Shown here piece by piece: positions 1-9,186 of a DNA stretch of 46,605 bases. Under the pieces are notes generated by a model. It made no database searches. It was not told where the DNA came from and was given only the letters and a program-made list of their open reading frames with translations. Origin of the DNA: a virus (taxonomy: Duplodnaviria; Caudoviricetes). How positions within the stretch are numbered: position 1 is the stretch's first letter; each line of letters starts with the position of its first letter. The stretch is taken from IMG/VR virus record IMGVR_UViG_3300017912_004379, positions 1 through 46,605 of that record. One strand, given 5' to 3'. The translations under genes and the position numbers were made by a program.

Positions 1-36
1 CGTATCAAAAACCTAGCATTTTACCAATAATAGTAG

Positions 37-65
37 TAGACATTAGATAAATATAGTTGTATATT
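37..65 (+). promoter_or_regulatory. Sigma70-like promoter (TAGACA-17-TATATT) with an embedded TAAATA box, upstream of ssb
   Basis: TAGACA 37-42, TATATT 60-65, 17-nt spacer; TAAATA at 48-53. Confidence 0.55.
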
Positions 66-90
66 ACGTACTATATGTCTAATATACATT

Positions 91-125
91 TAGGCACAAA
101 CAACATAGGCACAATAAAAGGAGGC
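91..125 (+). repeat. TAGGCACAA direct repeat / AGGC triplet in the ssb leader
   Basis: TAGGCACAA at 91-99 and 106-114; AGGC at 92, 107 and 122 (15-nt period), the last overlapping the AGGAGG Shine-Dalgarno. Confidence 0.8.
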
Positions 126-132
126 TTACATT

Positions 133-1119
133 ATGGCATCATTGGCTGAAATAAGAGCGAAGTTAAAATCTCAAGAAGTGAATCGCTCCACTTCATCAAC
201 GGGCGGCGACAACGCCATCTACCCACACTGGAACATATCAGAAGGCTCAGAAGCAGTAGTTAGATTCTTACCAGATAAGGATGTTAACAACACTTTCTTC
301 TGGACAGAGAGAAACATGATCAAACTACCATTCGCAGGTATCAAGGGTCAGACTGATTCTCGACCAGTTACTGTACAGGTACCTTGCATGGAGATGTATG
401 GCAAGACTTGTCCAGTGCTTACAGAAGTAAGACCATGGTTCAAAGACAAGAGCATGGAAGACATGGGCAGAAAATATTGGAAAAAGAAAAGTTACATTTT
501 CCAAGGTTTTGTCGTGACTAATCCGTTAGCGGAAGACACAACACCTGAGAATCCAATTAGAAGATTTATAATTGGTCCTCAAATCTTCAACATAATCAGA
601 GGAGCATTGATGGATCCAGAGATGGAAGAAATGCCAACTGACTACGTGAAAGGTGTTGACTTTAGAATTACGAAAACAACTAAAGGTGGATACGCAGACT
701 ACTCAACATCGAAATGGTCAAGAAGAGAAAGAGCTCTTGAAGAAGCAGAGAGAGCCGCTATTGAAACAAATGGTTTGTTCAATTTAAATGACTTCAGACC
801 GAAAGAACCAACCGAGGCAGAAGTAAAAATAATAAAAGAATTATTTGAAAAATCTGTCGAAGGAGAGGCTTATGATCTTGAGCAGTATGGTCAGTACTTC
901 AGGCCTGCAGGCGTGGCTTATCAAGGTAAACCACAAACAGCAGTTCCGACAGCATCTGCTCCAGCGGCAACACCGGTGGCAGAAGCGGCACCAACTGCGG
1001 CTCCTGTAACTGAATCTGCACCAGCACCACAACCAGCGGCGGCTACGGCTCCTGCAGGTGACAGTGCCAAGAGAGCAGAAGACATCTTGAAGTTGATTAG
1101 ATCAAGACAAGCAAAATAA
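133..1119 (+). CDS. T4 gp32-like single-stranded DNA-binding protein
   Basis: VVRFLPD, C..CPV, YWKKKSY, F.I.K..KGGYADY..S motifs typical of the gp32 family; Ala/Pro-rich linker; directly upstream of UvsX. Confidence 0.88.
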   Translation: MASLAEIRAKLKSQEVNRSTSSTGGDNAIYPHWNISEGSEAVVRFLPDKDVNNTFFWTERNMIKLPFAGIKGQTDSRPVTVQVPCMEMYGKTCPVLTEVRPWFKDKSMEDMGRKYWKKKSYIFQGFVVTNPLAEDTTPENPIRRFIIGPQIFNIIRGALMDPEMEEMPTDYVKGVDFRITKTTKGGYADYSTSKWSRRERALEEAERAAIETNGLFNLNDFRPKEPTEAEVKIIKELFEKSVEGEAYDLEQYGQYFRPAGVAYQGKPQTAVPTASAPAATPVAEAAPTAAPVTESAPAPQPAAATAPAGDSAKRAEDILKLIRSRQAK

Positions 1120-1134
1120 TCTGACATTTTACCA

Positions 1135-1174
1135 AGGCCCTAGCATTGACGTTAGGGCCTAGGTATGCTAATAT
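1135..1174 (+). promoter_or_regulatory. Hairpin overlapping a sigma70-like promoter for uvsX
   Basis: Inverted repeat AGGCCCTA (1135-1142)/TAGGGCCT (1153-1160); TTGACG 1146-1151, 17 nt, TG-n-TAATAT 1166-1174. Confidence 0.55.
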
Positions 1175-1194
1175 AGATTACAAGGATATAAATT

Positions 1195-2247
1195 ATGACA
1201 AAAGTATTTGACGCAACAAAGTTTAGAAAAAGCATTACCAAATCAATCCAGGGACTGGGCATAGGTTTCAGCGACCCAACAGACTGGATATCAACAGGAA
1301 ATTACGCATTGAACTATTTGATGACAAGTGATTTTAACAAAGGAATTCCCCTAGGCAAGGTGACAGTACTTGCCGGTGAGTCTGGTGCGGGTAAATCTTA
1401 CATAGCATCAGGCAACATTATTAAGAACGCACAAGACCAAGGCATCTTTGTCATACTGATCGACACAGAGAATGCATTAGATGAACAGTGGTTACAGGCA
1501 CTAAATGTTGACACGTCTGAAGACAAACTTATGAAACTGAGTATGTCAATGGTCGACGACGTGGCTAAGACTGTGTCAGAGTTCATGAAAGGTTACAAAG
1601 AACAACACGCCGACAACAAGGAAGGTGCACCTAAAGTGTTATTTGTAATAGACAGTTTGGGCATGTTGTTGACACCAACAGATGTAAACCAATTCGAAGC
1701 AGGTGAGATGAAAGGTGACCTCGGTAGAAAACCCAAGGCACTAACGGCACTCGTGAGAAACTGTGTTAACATGTTTGGTAGTTGGAATGTAGGACTTATA
1801 GCGACTAACCACACTTACGCATCACAGGACATGTTTGATCCAGACGATAAAATCTCGGGTGGGCAAGGATTTATCTATGCATCTAGCATAGTTGTCGCAA
1901 TGAAGAAACTAAAATTAAAAGAGGACGAAAAAGGCAACAAGGTAAGCGATGTGAGAGGTATCAGAGCGGCATGTAAGGTAATGAAAACAAGATATGCCAA
2001 ACCGTTTGAGGGTGTGCAAGTTAAGATTCCTTATGACACAGGCATGGACCCATATAGCGGACTCGTAGATTTGTTTGAGAAAAAAGGCATACTTGTACAG
2101 CAGGGTAATAGGCTCAAGTACGTTGATTCTAAAGGCAAAGAACACATAGAATTTAGAAAAGCATGGGTCGGAGATAAATTAGATATGATAATGGCAGAGT
2201 TCAAAGAATCTGCACCCAAAGAAGTAGAGGAAGAAGTAAAAGAGTAA
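1195..2247 (+). CDS. uvsX: RecA/UvsX recombinase
   Basis: ISTG..ALN, Walker A GESGAGKS, IDTENA, VIDSLG, SGGQGFIYASS motifs. Confidence 0.95.
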   Translation: MTKVFDATKFRKSITKSIQGLGIGFSDPTDWISTGNYALNYLMTSDFNKGIPLGKVTVLAGESGAGKSYIASGNIIKNAQDQGIFVILIDTENALDEQWLQALNVDTSEDKLMKLSMSMVDDVAKTVSEFMKGYKEQHADNKEGAPKVLFVIDSLGMLLTPTDVNQFEAGEMKGDLGRKPKALTALVRNCVNMFGSWNVGLIATNHTYASQDMFDPDDKISGGQGFIYASSIVVAMKKLKLKEDEKGNKVSDVRGIRAACKVMKTRYAKPFEGVQVKIPYDTGMDPYSGLVDLFEKKGILVQQGNRLKYVDSKGKEHIEFRKAWVGDKLDMIMAEFKESAPKEVEEEVKE

Positions 2248-2480
2248 TGATCGACTTTACACACGAAGACATAGAAAGACTATGGGACTCTGTAGTACAT
2301 TATGTACCGGAGCGACAAAAACTGGACATGGCAATAGACTTCATAAAAAGTTTAGAAGATATCGGTGTAGACACTGACGAAATAAAAGCGTCGGCCGAAT
2401 ACGATCCTAAATTAGAAGAAGCCATTAATACCGTGTTCGAAGAAGATGAAGAGTCAGACGGATACGGAGATGATGATTAA
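2247..2480 (+). CDS. Small acidic hypothetical protein between uvsX and uvsY
   Basis: 77-aa ORF coupled to uvsX by a TAATG overlap. Confidence 0.75.
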   Translation: MIDFTHEDIERLWDSVVHYVPERQKLDMAIDFIKSLEDIGVDTDEIKASAEYDPKLEEAINTVFEEDEESDGYGDDD

Positions 2481-2934
2481 TTGGTACAACGAAGTCAGCA
2501 GGAACTTAGACAAAATACCAGACTGCATAGCATATTTTGATAAAGAATTACTAGAAGCAAAAAAGCAGTGCAAAATATACGGTAACCTCGAACGAGCAAG
2601 TGCGGCACTGCCAGGTATCGTGGAAGAACGATTCGGACAACTACAACAACTTGAAGCAATACTAGAATATCTCAACATAGAGTTGCGTAGATTAAGATCT
2701 AAGACATTCAGAAAATATTTAGAAAACTACAACAGAGCATTATCAAGCAGAGATGCGGAAAAGTATGTTGACGGTGAGGACGATGTTGTTGACATGGATA
2801 AAATTATTAATGACTTTGCTTTGATAAGAAATCAATGGCTAGGCATCACCAAAGGACTGGATCAGAAACAATGGCAGATCACAAACATTGTAAAATTGAG
2901 GGTCGCGGGTATGGAAGATGCAGACATCAAATAG
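2470..2934 (+). CDS. uvsY: UvsY-like recombination mediator
   Basis: Helical ~155-aa protein with SRDAEKYVDGE and KGLDQKQWQITNIVKLR, resembling UvsY; downstream of uvsX; start placed at ATG 2470. Confidence 0.75.
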   Translation: MMINWYNEVSRNLDKIPDCIAYFDKELLEAKKQCKIYGNLERASAALPGIVEERFGQLQQLEAILEYLNIELRRLRSKTFRKYLENYNRALSSRDAEKYVDGEDDVVDMDKIINDFALIRNQWLGITKGLDQKQWQITNIVKLRVAGMEDADIK

Positions 2935-3535
2935 AATAATACTGACAGACGTAGACGGCGTCCTACTGGAATGGGAGAAACATTTCACGGACTGGATGTT
3001 GCAACGTTCTTACTATAACGATAATGAACGTGTGTATCCATATAAATTATTACCAAACAAACAAAACACGTATGAGATGGCCGAAAGGTTTGGCCTTACC
3101 ATACCAGAAATACGAAAAGAAATTAGAGAATTTAATAAAAGTGCATGGATGGCCACACAATGTCCTATGGAAGATTCGCAGACATGGGTAAAACTTTTAG
3201 CGGCAGAGGGTTGGACATTTATACCAATAACATCACAAACATCTGACATACCGGCTCAGTTAGTAAGAAAGAAAAGACTTGGTGAACTGTTCGGTGATCA
3301 TATATTCAAGAATTATCATATTTTAGACACTGGTGCTGATAAAGATTCTGCTCTAGCCGAATTTCATGGTACCGGACTATATTGGGTGGAAGACAAGCCA
3401 AATAACGCTGTAGCCGGGCTCAAATACGGTTTAAAGCCTATATTAATAGACCATCCATACAATCGAGATTTTGATCACCCTGATATAATCCGTGTAAATA
3501 ATTGGAAACAAATACACCAAATATTATCTAGATGA
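2918..3535 (+). CDS. HAD-superfamily phosphatase / 5'-nucleotidase-like (T4 30.2-like)
   Basis: N-terminal DVDGVL motif I, ITS motif II, WVEDK motif IV, HPYN. Confidence 0.8.
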   Translation: MQTSNRIILTDVDGVLLEWEKHFTDWMLQRSYYNDNERVYPYKLLPNKQNTYEMAERFGLTIPEIRKEIREFNKSAWMATQCPMEDSQTWVKLLAAEGWTFIPITSQTSDIPAQLVRKKRLGELFGDHIFKNYHILDTGADKDSALAEFHGTGLYWVEDKPNNAVAGLKYGLKPILIDHPYNRDFDHPDIIRVNNWKQIHQILSR

Positions 3536-4206
3536 AAATTTACGTAGGCTGGGACTCCAGAGAAGACATAGCATATCAAGTCTGTGAACACTCTATAAAA
3601 CGTAGGGATCCTTCTGCGGAAGTTATTGCTCTCAAACAAAATGACATGAGAGCTCAAGGAATTTACACACGAGAAAGAGATAAACTTGCCTCAACTGAAT
3701 TTACGTTCACTAGGTTTTTTGTTCCTTATTTGAATGACTTCAAAGGATGGGCAGTATTCTGTGATTGTGACTTCTTGTGGAAGATCCCAAGTCATATGTT
3801 GACCAAGTATATGGATCCAAGTAAAGCAGTGGTTTGTGTTCAGCATGATTACACACCAAAGGAAACTACAAAAATGGATGGCCAAGTGCAAACAGTATAC
3901 CCGAGAAAAAATTGGAGTAGCATGGTGCTTTGGAACTGCGGACATGAAAAGAATAAGATACTTACACCAGAATTCCTAAATAACCAAACACCAAAATTCC
4001 TACACAGATTCAGTTGGCTCGAAGATTCAGAAATTGGTGACCTACCCCATCATTACAACTGGCTAGTTGGCTGGTATAGGGAACCTGAGGACGGATCACC
4101 AAAGATATTACACTACACAGAAGGTGGACCATGGTTCGATGGATACAGGCATTGTGATTACTCAGACGATTGGAAGAAGGAAGCAATCAATCTCTTCAGT
4201 GCATAA
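3532..4206 (+). CDS. Glycosyltransferase, GT-A fold (GT8-like)
   Basis: IYVGWD.RE, STEFTFTRF, DCD (DxD), YPRKNWSS, HYTEGGPW motifs. Confidence 0.85.
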   Translation: MKIYVGWDSREDIAYQVCEHSIKRRDPSAEVIALKQNDMRAQGIYTRERDKLASTEFTFTRFFVPYLNDFKGWAVFCDCDFLWKIPSHMLTKYMDPSKAVVCVQHDYTPKETTKMDGQVQTVYPRKNWSSMVLWNCGHEKNKILTPEFLNNQTPKFLHRFSWLEDSEIGDLPHHYNWLVGWYREPEDGSPKILHYTEGGPWFDGYRHCDYSDDWKKEAINLFSA

Positions 4207-4637
4207 TGGACTGGAACAAACTAAAACCTCAGAACTATCATACAGAACCAGTAGAACACGTGCTGGTTACCAACCTTATACAACTTAATGATTATGACAA
4301 GTTATATGAGAATCAAAATAACACCAGTCATTATCTATGGAAAGAATTTTGTGAGAAACACAAAACGCAGGCTGTTTTACATGAAAATTTTGACAAACTA
4401 GATTTGTCCCAAGACATAATTTGCCTTTGGTTTTTCAAGGAACGGAGTGACGGCACCTCCGCCTATGTACACCTGGCGGGGAAACAAATAAAGTACAATC
4501 CTAATGTGTTATTAGTCACAAAATGTAAAACTATTAAATTTTTCCATAGCACAAGAAAATATATAAGGAGCCCAGTTTTTCAGATGCAGATGGATCATGA
4601 CACTTATAACAGTATCGTACGTAAATTTCAAAAATAG
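4206..4637 (+). CDS. Hypothetical protein (possibly a degenerate 2OG-Fe(II) fold)
   Basis: Start moved to ATG 4206 (TAATG coupling); N-terminal EPVEHVLV resembles the start of the oxygenase at 8431; no HxD triad seen. Confidence 0.6.
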   Translation: MDWNKLKPQNYHTEPVEHVLVTNLIQLNDYDKLYENQNNTSHYLWKEFCEKHKTQAVLHENFDKLDLSQDIICLWFFKERSDGTSAYVHLAGKQIKYNPNVLLVTKCKTIKFFHSTRKYIRSPVFQMQMDHDTYNSIVRKFQK

Positions 4638-5233
4638 ATTTTATCTATTTGTTCAACGTTTTCTTTTTTCTCAATTATTTCACTGTTGTTGAACCCAAGT
4701 TGAAACATATATTCATCCATTTCGTTTTCAGAAGGCATGTCAGGAAAGTTTTTATCTTTGAATAAGTTTACTTCTTGTATAACATATTTTGCACGTGTGA
4801 AGATATCTGGAGCACCTTGCATTACCATTATTTCAGCACCTTGCACATCTTGTTTAATCAAATCGTACTGAGCATCCTTACCAACCAACATGTCCAATGT
4901 TGTCATCTTTCTCGTCTCATAATTTTTGAATATTCCAAACAATGTTGAGCCCTTAGTGTATGTGACCTTCTTTTTGCTTCCCTTATCAATTTCTCTCAGA
5001 TACATCTTTACATCTCGATTGCTATCACCCAGTACCGCGATATGATAATCCGAGGTTATTTCTTTTAACCTTTTCTCGTGCTTAGGACCTGCTTCTATGC
5101 AAGTGTAGTGTGCGTCTGGCCAAATCTCCTTGACATTTTTAGTCCAAAATCCATTCCAAGCGCCAATATCTAATATTCTCGCAGGAGTGAATTTTTTCTC
5201 AACTTTTAATTTTTCCAAATATTTGTACATCAT
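4628..5233 (-). CDS. FkbM-family SAM methyltransferase
   Basis: ILDIGAWNG, IEA, TLD, LIKQDVQGAE motifs; start placed at ATG 5233. Confidence 0.85.
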   Translation of the reverse strand: MMYKYLEKLKVEKKFTPARILDIGAWNGFWTKNVKEIWPDAHYTCIEAGPKHEKRLKEITSDYHIAVLGDSNRDVKMYLREIDKGSKKKVTYTKGSTLFGIFKNYETRKMTTLDMLVGKDAQYDLIKQDVQGAEIMVMQGAPDIFTRAKYVIQEVNLFKDKNFPDMPSENEMDEYMFQLGFNNSEIIEKKENVEQIDKIYF

Positions 5234-5868
5234 GCCTTTCTGTAAACAATGTCTGGCCAAGTTTTGATTAGTATGTCAAAGCCTATGCTTTCTAAATATT
5301 TTTCAATACGTGTATTGCTACTGCCATATTTTTTACTGTTGTTGTTCAACTCTATCATTAGACACTCAACATTTTCTAACATTTTTTCAGCACCCTTTAA
5401 CACTTCCATTTCAAGTCCTTCGACGTCTATTTTTATCATGTCTACATCTGAAATGTTCAATGTATCTAACTTCGATATTACGGTATCTCCTTTCTCTAAC
5501 AAGACCCTAGTGTTTTGCGTAGCAGTTTCATTCGTAAGTTTTATCTTACCGTCTTGATTACCTATTGCATGGTTGAATAATTTCACGTGTTCGTAATGTC
5601 CAACGTTCTTAATCAAACATTCGAAATGTGTCTTATTAGGCTCATAACAAAATATTTGATCAGCATACTTCTGCATTGCCATTGACCAAGTTCCGCACCA
5701 TGCCCCTATGTCAAGTACCATTTTGAACTTCTTGTCATTCCGATCACACCACCGCAAAAATTGTTTTAGACATTTATCCTGCATGTGAGGGTACCCTTTT
5801 TCGCGCCATTGATCTATCTGTGCATCAGACGATGGAACCCATAAGCCGTCCGATAACTGTTCTATCAT
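5230..5868 (-). CDS. FkbM-family SAM methyltransferase
   Basis: VLDIGAWCG, YEP, IKIDVEGLEMEVLKGA motifs. Confidence 0.9.
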   Translation of the reverse strand: MIEQLSDGLWVPSSDAQIDQWREKGYPHMQDKCLKQFLRWCDRNDKKFKMVLDIGAWCGTWSMAMQKYADQIFCYEPNKTHFECLIKNVGHYEHVKLFNHAIGNQDGKIKLTNETATQNTRVLLEKGDTVISKLDTLNISDVDMIKIDVEGLEMEVLKGAEKMLENVECLMIELNNNSKKYGSSNTRIEKYLESIGFDILIKTWPDIVYRKA

Positions 5869-6680
5869 AGCAGTCCCTTGTCCATTAGTATTTCCACAGC
5901 AGTGCCATTTTCAAACTCTTCAGGTGTGAACTGTTGATATGCCAGACTATACAACCAAGGTTCAGGTCCGCCGTAGTAAGGATTCTCGATGTCTGAAAGT
6001 TCTACATTTCCAACGTCTACAGCAAAACTTTTATTATCACAAAAAACAGGAATGCCTTCACATATGGCTTCCACCGCGGCGATCGAACAACTTGTGACAA
6101 CGCACCATGCTTCTTTGAGATCCTCGGATAGGGGTACCTTTGCCTCACTCGGTCCTGATGTACCCCTGCCCCTAGGCTTGTGTCGAAGTTTGATAGGTCT
6201 GTCCGTGTATCTTTTAATCTGTTCGATGATGTCGTTAGTCCAATTTGGCTTGTCTAAATAACTGTTGACCCCGGGAGAACTAGGACAAACTAATATATGT
6301 TTGCCAGCGAAATTTGGTGCTTTGATCTTTATTCCAAACTTCTCAAATCTGTCTGCTCTACAGTCTTTTATGTACGAAACATGAATTGAATTCTTGCAGA
6401 TTCGCCAGTAATGATTATCAGGTTTAAGATTGTTGTTATCGAATCTACCGAAATATGGAGTGTCAGCAAACCAGAAAGAATGATTACGTGCTTCCAATTT
6501 CTTGACCATATCTAGGTTGTTGTTTACAAATCCCCAAAACATACTGTTACTGACAGGCTCCGATTCAACCGCATTGTCAAGCGTCGTGATCTGATCTGGC
6601 CATGACTGTTCTACACCTTTGAACACTTCCCAGGCTTTACTTTTTACGTTACTAAATGGTGCGTAGATTGTTAGCATCAA
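5865..6680 (-). CDS. KpsS/KpsC-like capsule-polysaccharide family protein (paralogue 1)
   Basis: D.PYF, ILVCP, RHKP, VVTSCS.AAVEA..GIPVF, WLYSLAYQQFT.EE..G pattern shared with four other ORFs in the window. Confidence 0.6.
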   Translation of the reverse strand: MMLTIYAPFSNVKSKAWEVFKGVEQSWPDQITTLDNAVESEPVSNSMFWGFVNNNLDMVKKLEARNHSFWFADTPYFGRFDNNNLKPDNHYWRICKNSIHVSYIKDCRADRFEKFGIKIKAPNFAGKHILVCPSSPGVNSYLDKPNWTNDIIEQIKRYTDRPIKLRHKPRGRGTSGPSEAKVPLSEDLKEAWCVVTSCSIAAVEAICEGIPVFCDNKSFAVDVGNVELSDIENPYYGGPEPWLYSLAYQQFTPEEFENGTAVEILMDKGLL

Positions 6681-7314
6681 TATAATCTTTCAACTTTTCT
6701 GCCCACTGTTTGTGTCCCTCTGCAGATGGATGAGGGTCAGTTGGACTGACGATTAATTTTTTGTCAGAAACAAATTCAAGGTGGCTTACATTTGGACTAA
6801 AAAATCTATCCATGTTGATTGCATTCCTAATCACATGAAAGTCCTCTGTGCCATTTCCAAAATCGTTAGGCAAAGAATTGTACATCACATAAGGTATTCG
6901 CTTACGTTCAAAGTAGTTCTGTAAATCAAAAACATTATCAAGAAAATTCATAGTAAGATTGTTTTCTATGTCCCACCCCTTATGACTTCGTATGAAACTT
7001 ACATTATCCAATGTCTTCCACGTACGCCAGGTGAGTTCGGAACCTGGTATGCGTCCTTTCTTCCATCCATCATCTGTTATGTAATCGTTCCTGACAGCAC
7101 TGGACCATCCTATAACTGCAAAAATATCTTTGTCATTGTTTTGTTCTACCCAGACTTTGGTGGAAAATCCTATCCTTGTGTTTCCCCTACCTCCCATCGC
7201 CAAGTTTGCTAGATCCATTTTGTAATTGTCCGCAATTATTTTTGTGGTAAATGTGTCAACACCGTCTTTGGGTCGAGGTGTTAGAAAACTGCATCCATTT
7301 GAAAATAATATCAT
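6652..7314 (-). CDS. SGNH/GDSL-like hydrolase or acyltransferase
   Basis: NGCSF, NLAMGGRGN, D.HPSAEGH motifs. Confidence 0.6.
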   Translation of the reverse strand: MILFSNGCSFLTPRPKDGVDTFTTKIIADNYKMDLANLAMGGRGNTRIGFSTKVWVEQNNDKDIFAVIGWSSAVRNDYITDDGWKKGRIPGSELTWRTWKTLDNVSFIRSHKGWDIENNLTMNFLDNVFDLQNYFERKRIPYVMYNSLPNDFGNGTEDFHVIRNAINMDRFFSPNVSHLEFVSDKKLIVSPTDPHPSAEGHKQWAEKLKDYIDANNLRTI

Positions 7315-7345
7315 GATCGTGTATTATAACATAATTATTAATAAA

Positions 7346-8434
7346 ATGCCAGTCAAAAATATATCCTCGCTAAAGTATTTCCTCGATCGTTGGGAGATGG
7401 TCGATCCAGAGTACAACTATACTGTTCCTTATCATGAATCTATCAATCCACACTTCACTAGTTTACCAACATTTGTAGCGGAGTTTCATAACTGCAAGGT
7501 ACATACCTGTCCTTTACTACTAACAAGGGAAAACAAACTAATAACAGAACATGTATGGAAACTAACACACAAGAGCAGGCACAAACCACACAAAAGTCAT
7601 AAACTTTGGACAGACTGGGACACAAAAATTGATATGGAACTACCACCAGTGAAAGAATCATTTAACGAGACACACACATATGTTTGGTTGCCTGTGGACG
7701 AGGACAGTCTAGCAAATCCGTGGCATATATGGATAGATGTGATATCAAAATTTAGATTGATAGAAAAAAGGTGGTCAACAAATTTCAACAGATATTGTTA
7801 CATAATGGCCAATCATAGTCCTTATTTTGAAAAAGTTTGTAAGTCTCTATTTCCTGACGTCAAGATTGTTGTCATGCCCAAGGGAGAGACATGGCAGTTC
7901 AAACATTTGATTGTGCCAAGCATGAGCAACGTCAGAGACGGGATAATAACACCGCCATTGGCTCCATGGCTTAGACATTTCAAAGGCCTTAAAAACTTGA
8001 AAGGAGTAAAGCCTAACAGGAAGATTGTGGTGCTCAGACCGGGGGCAACATCAAGGAAACTAGTCAATTCAGACGAATTACTTTTGAAGTTAAAGGGGTG
8101 GGAAACTGTAGTGCTAGAAAAATTATCTATCAAAGATCAAATGAAAACATTTGCCGAGGCTTCGCATGTATTGGCGGCACACGGCGCTGGCTTGACAAAC
8201 TTGTTATGGTGTCAACCAGGCACAAAGGTGATTGAAATACAGGATAAAAATATGATACACAAGAAAGTTTATCCATTGCTATCACATCATTTAGGTTTAG
8301 ACCATAAGTTATACCTGGCAGATGTGGTGCCAATAGAAAGAGAAAAAGGTGCCAAACCCAAAGGTATTAAAAGATTCAGTGACATGATAAACTTTAAAAT
8401 AAACATACCCGACATAATGGAGCACTTAGAATGA
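7346..8434 (+). CDS. Glycosyltransferase family 61 (DUF563)-like
   Basis: NPWHIW.D, R.LVN..E, LS..DQ..F..A, AHGAGLTNLLW, VIEI motifs; start placed at ATG 7346. Confidence 0.82.
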   Translation: MPVKNISSLKYFLDRWEMVDPEYNYTVPYHESINPHFTSLPTFVAEFHNCKVHTCPLLLTRENKLITEHVWKLTHKSRHKPHKSHKLWTDWDTKIDMELPPVKESFNETHTYVWLPVDEDSLANPWHIWIDVISKFRLIEKRWSTNFNRYCYIMANHSPYFEKVCKSLFPDVKIVVMPKGETWQFKHLIVPSMSNVRDGIITPPLAPWLRHFKGLKNLKGVKPNRKIVVLRPGATSRKLVNSDELLLKLKGWETVVLEKLSIKDQMKTFAEASHVLAAHGAGLTNLLWCQPGTKVIEIQDKNMIHKKVYPLLSHHLGLDHKLYLADVVPIEREKGAKPKGIKRFSDMINFKINIPDIMEHLE

Positions 8435-9186
8435 CAGTTTCAGTGCTACAAAAGACGCCAACGTTGCTAATGGATCCTTATCCACATGTTATAATAGAAA
8501 ATGCGTTACCTGAAGATGTATATGCGAGGCTAGAAAAAGAATGGCCCACGCAACAACTTCTATCCACTGAACCGTTTGATGACGGCATATGTTTCAGACT
8601 CAAATCAGATCAGATGTTGAAAAAAGATGTGGTGTCAGATGCATGGAGGGAGTTCGCCGAATATCATACGTCAGCATCATTTTACAAGGAAGTGAAAAAT
8701 ATATTTGGTGATCTGATGCCTAATGTGGCTGACATCGACCAAACAATAAGTCCGCGAGGATGGGACAAAGGTGGAGACAAGATAGGCAGTGATTGCCAAA
8801 CGGTAATGCACAAACCTGTTGACTTTAGTTCGAGAACTCCACACATCGACAATCCAAGGGAAATATATGCAGGACTCCTTTACATGCCATACGATGATGA
8901 CAAGAGCACCGGAGGCGACTTCCAGTTGCACAAACAACAGGCACAGATAACCGAAGTAAACAAAAACGGTGGCAGAGCAGTGGGAGATAAGGCTGGAGAC
9001 ATAGTAAAGACTGTGCCATACAAACGAAACACTTTTGTTATGTTTTGCAACAATTCTACTAACACTATCCATAGTGTGTCTGCTCGAAGCAATGCTGTTA
9101 GACACAGAAGGAGCGTCAACATCATTGCAGAATTTAACAAGATTGCAAAACGTTCAATGTTTGCTGTGAAGGAAACAAGGAAGTGA
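8431..9186 (+). CDS. 2OG-Fe(II) oxygenase
   Basis: PYPH.IIENAL, HID (HxD), GLLYM, GGD, distal HSV and R.SVN. Confidence 0.8.
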   Translation: MTVSVLQKTPTLLMDPYPHVIIENALPEDVYARLEKEWPTQQLLSTEPFDDGICFRLKSDQMLKKDVVSDAWREFAEYHTSASFYKEVKNIFGDLMPNVADIDQTISPRGWDKGGDKIGSDCQTVMHKPVDFSSRTPHIDNPREIYAGLLYMPYDDDKSTGGDFQLHKQQAQITEVNKNGGRAVGDKAGDIVKTVPYKRNTFVMFCNNSTNTIHSVSARSNAVRHRRSVNIIAEFNKIAKRSMFAVKETRK

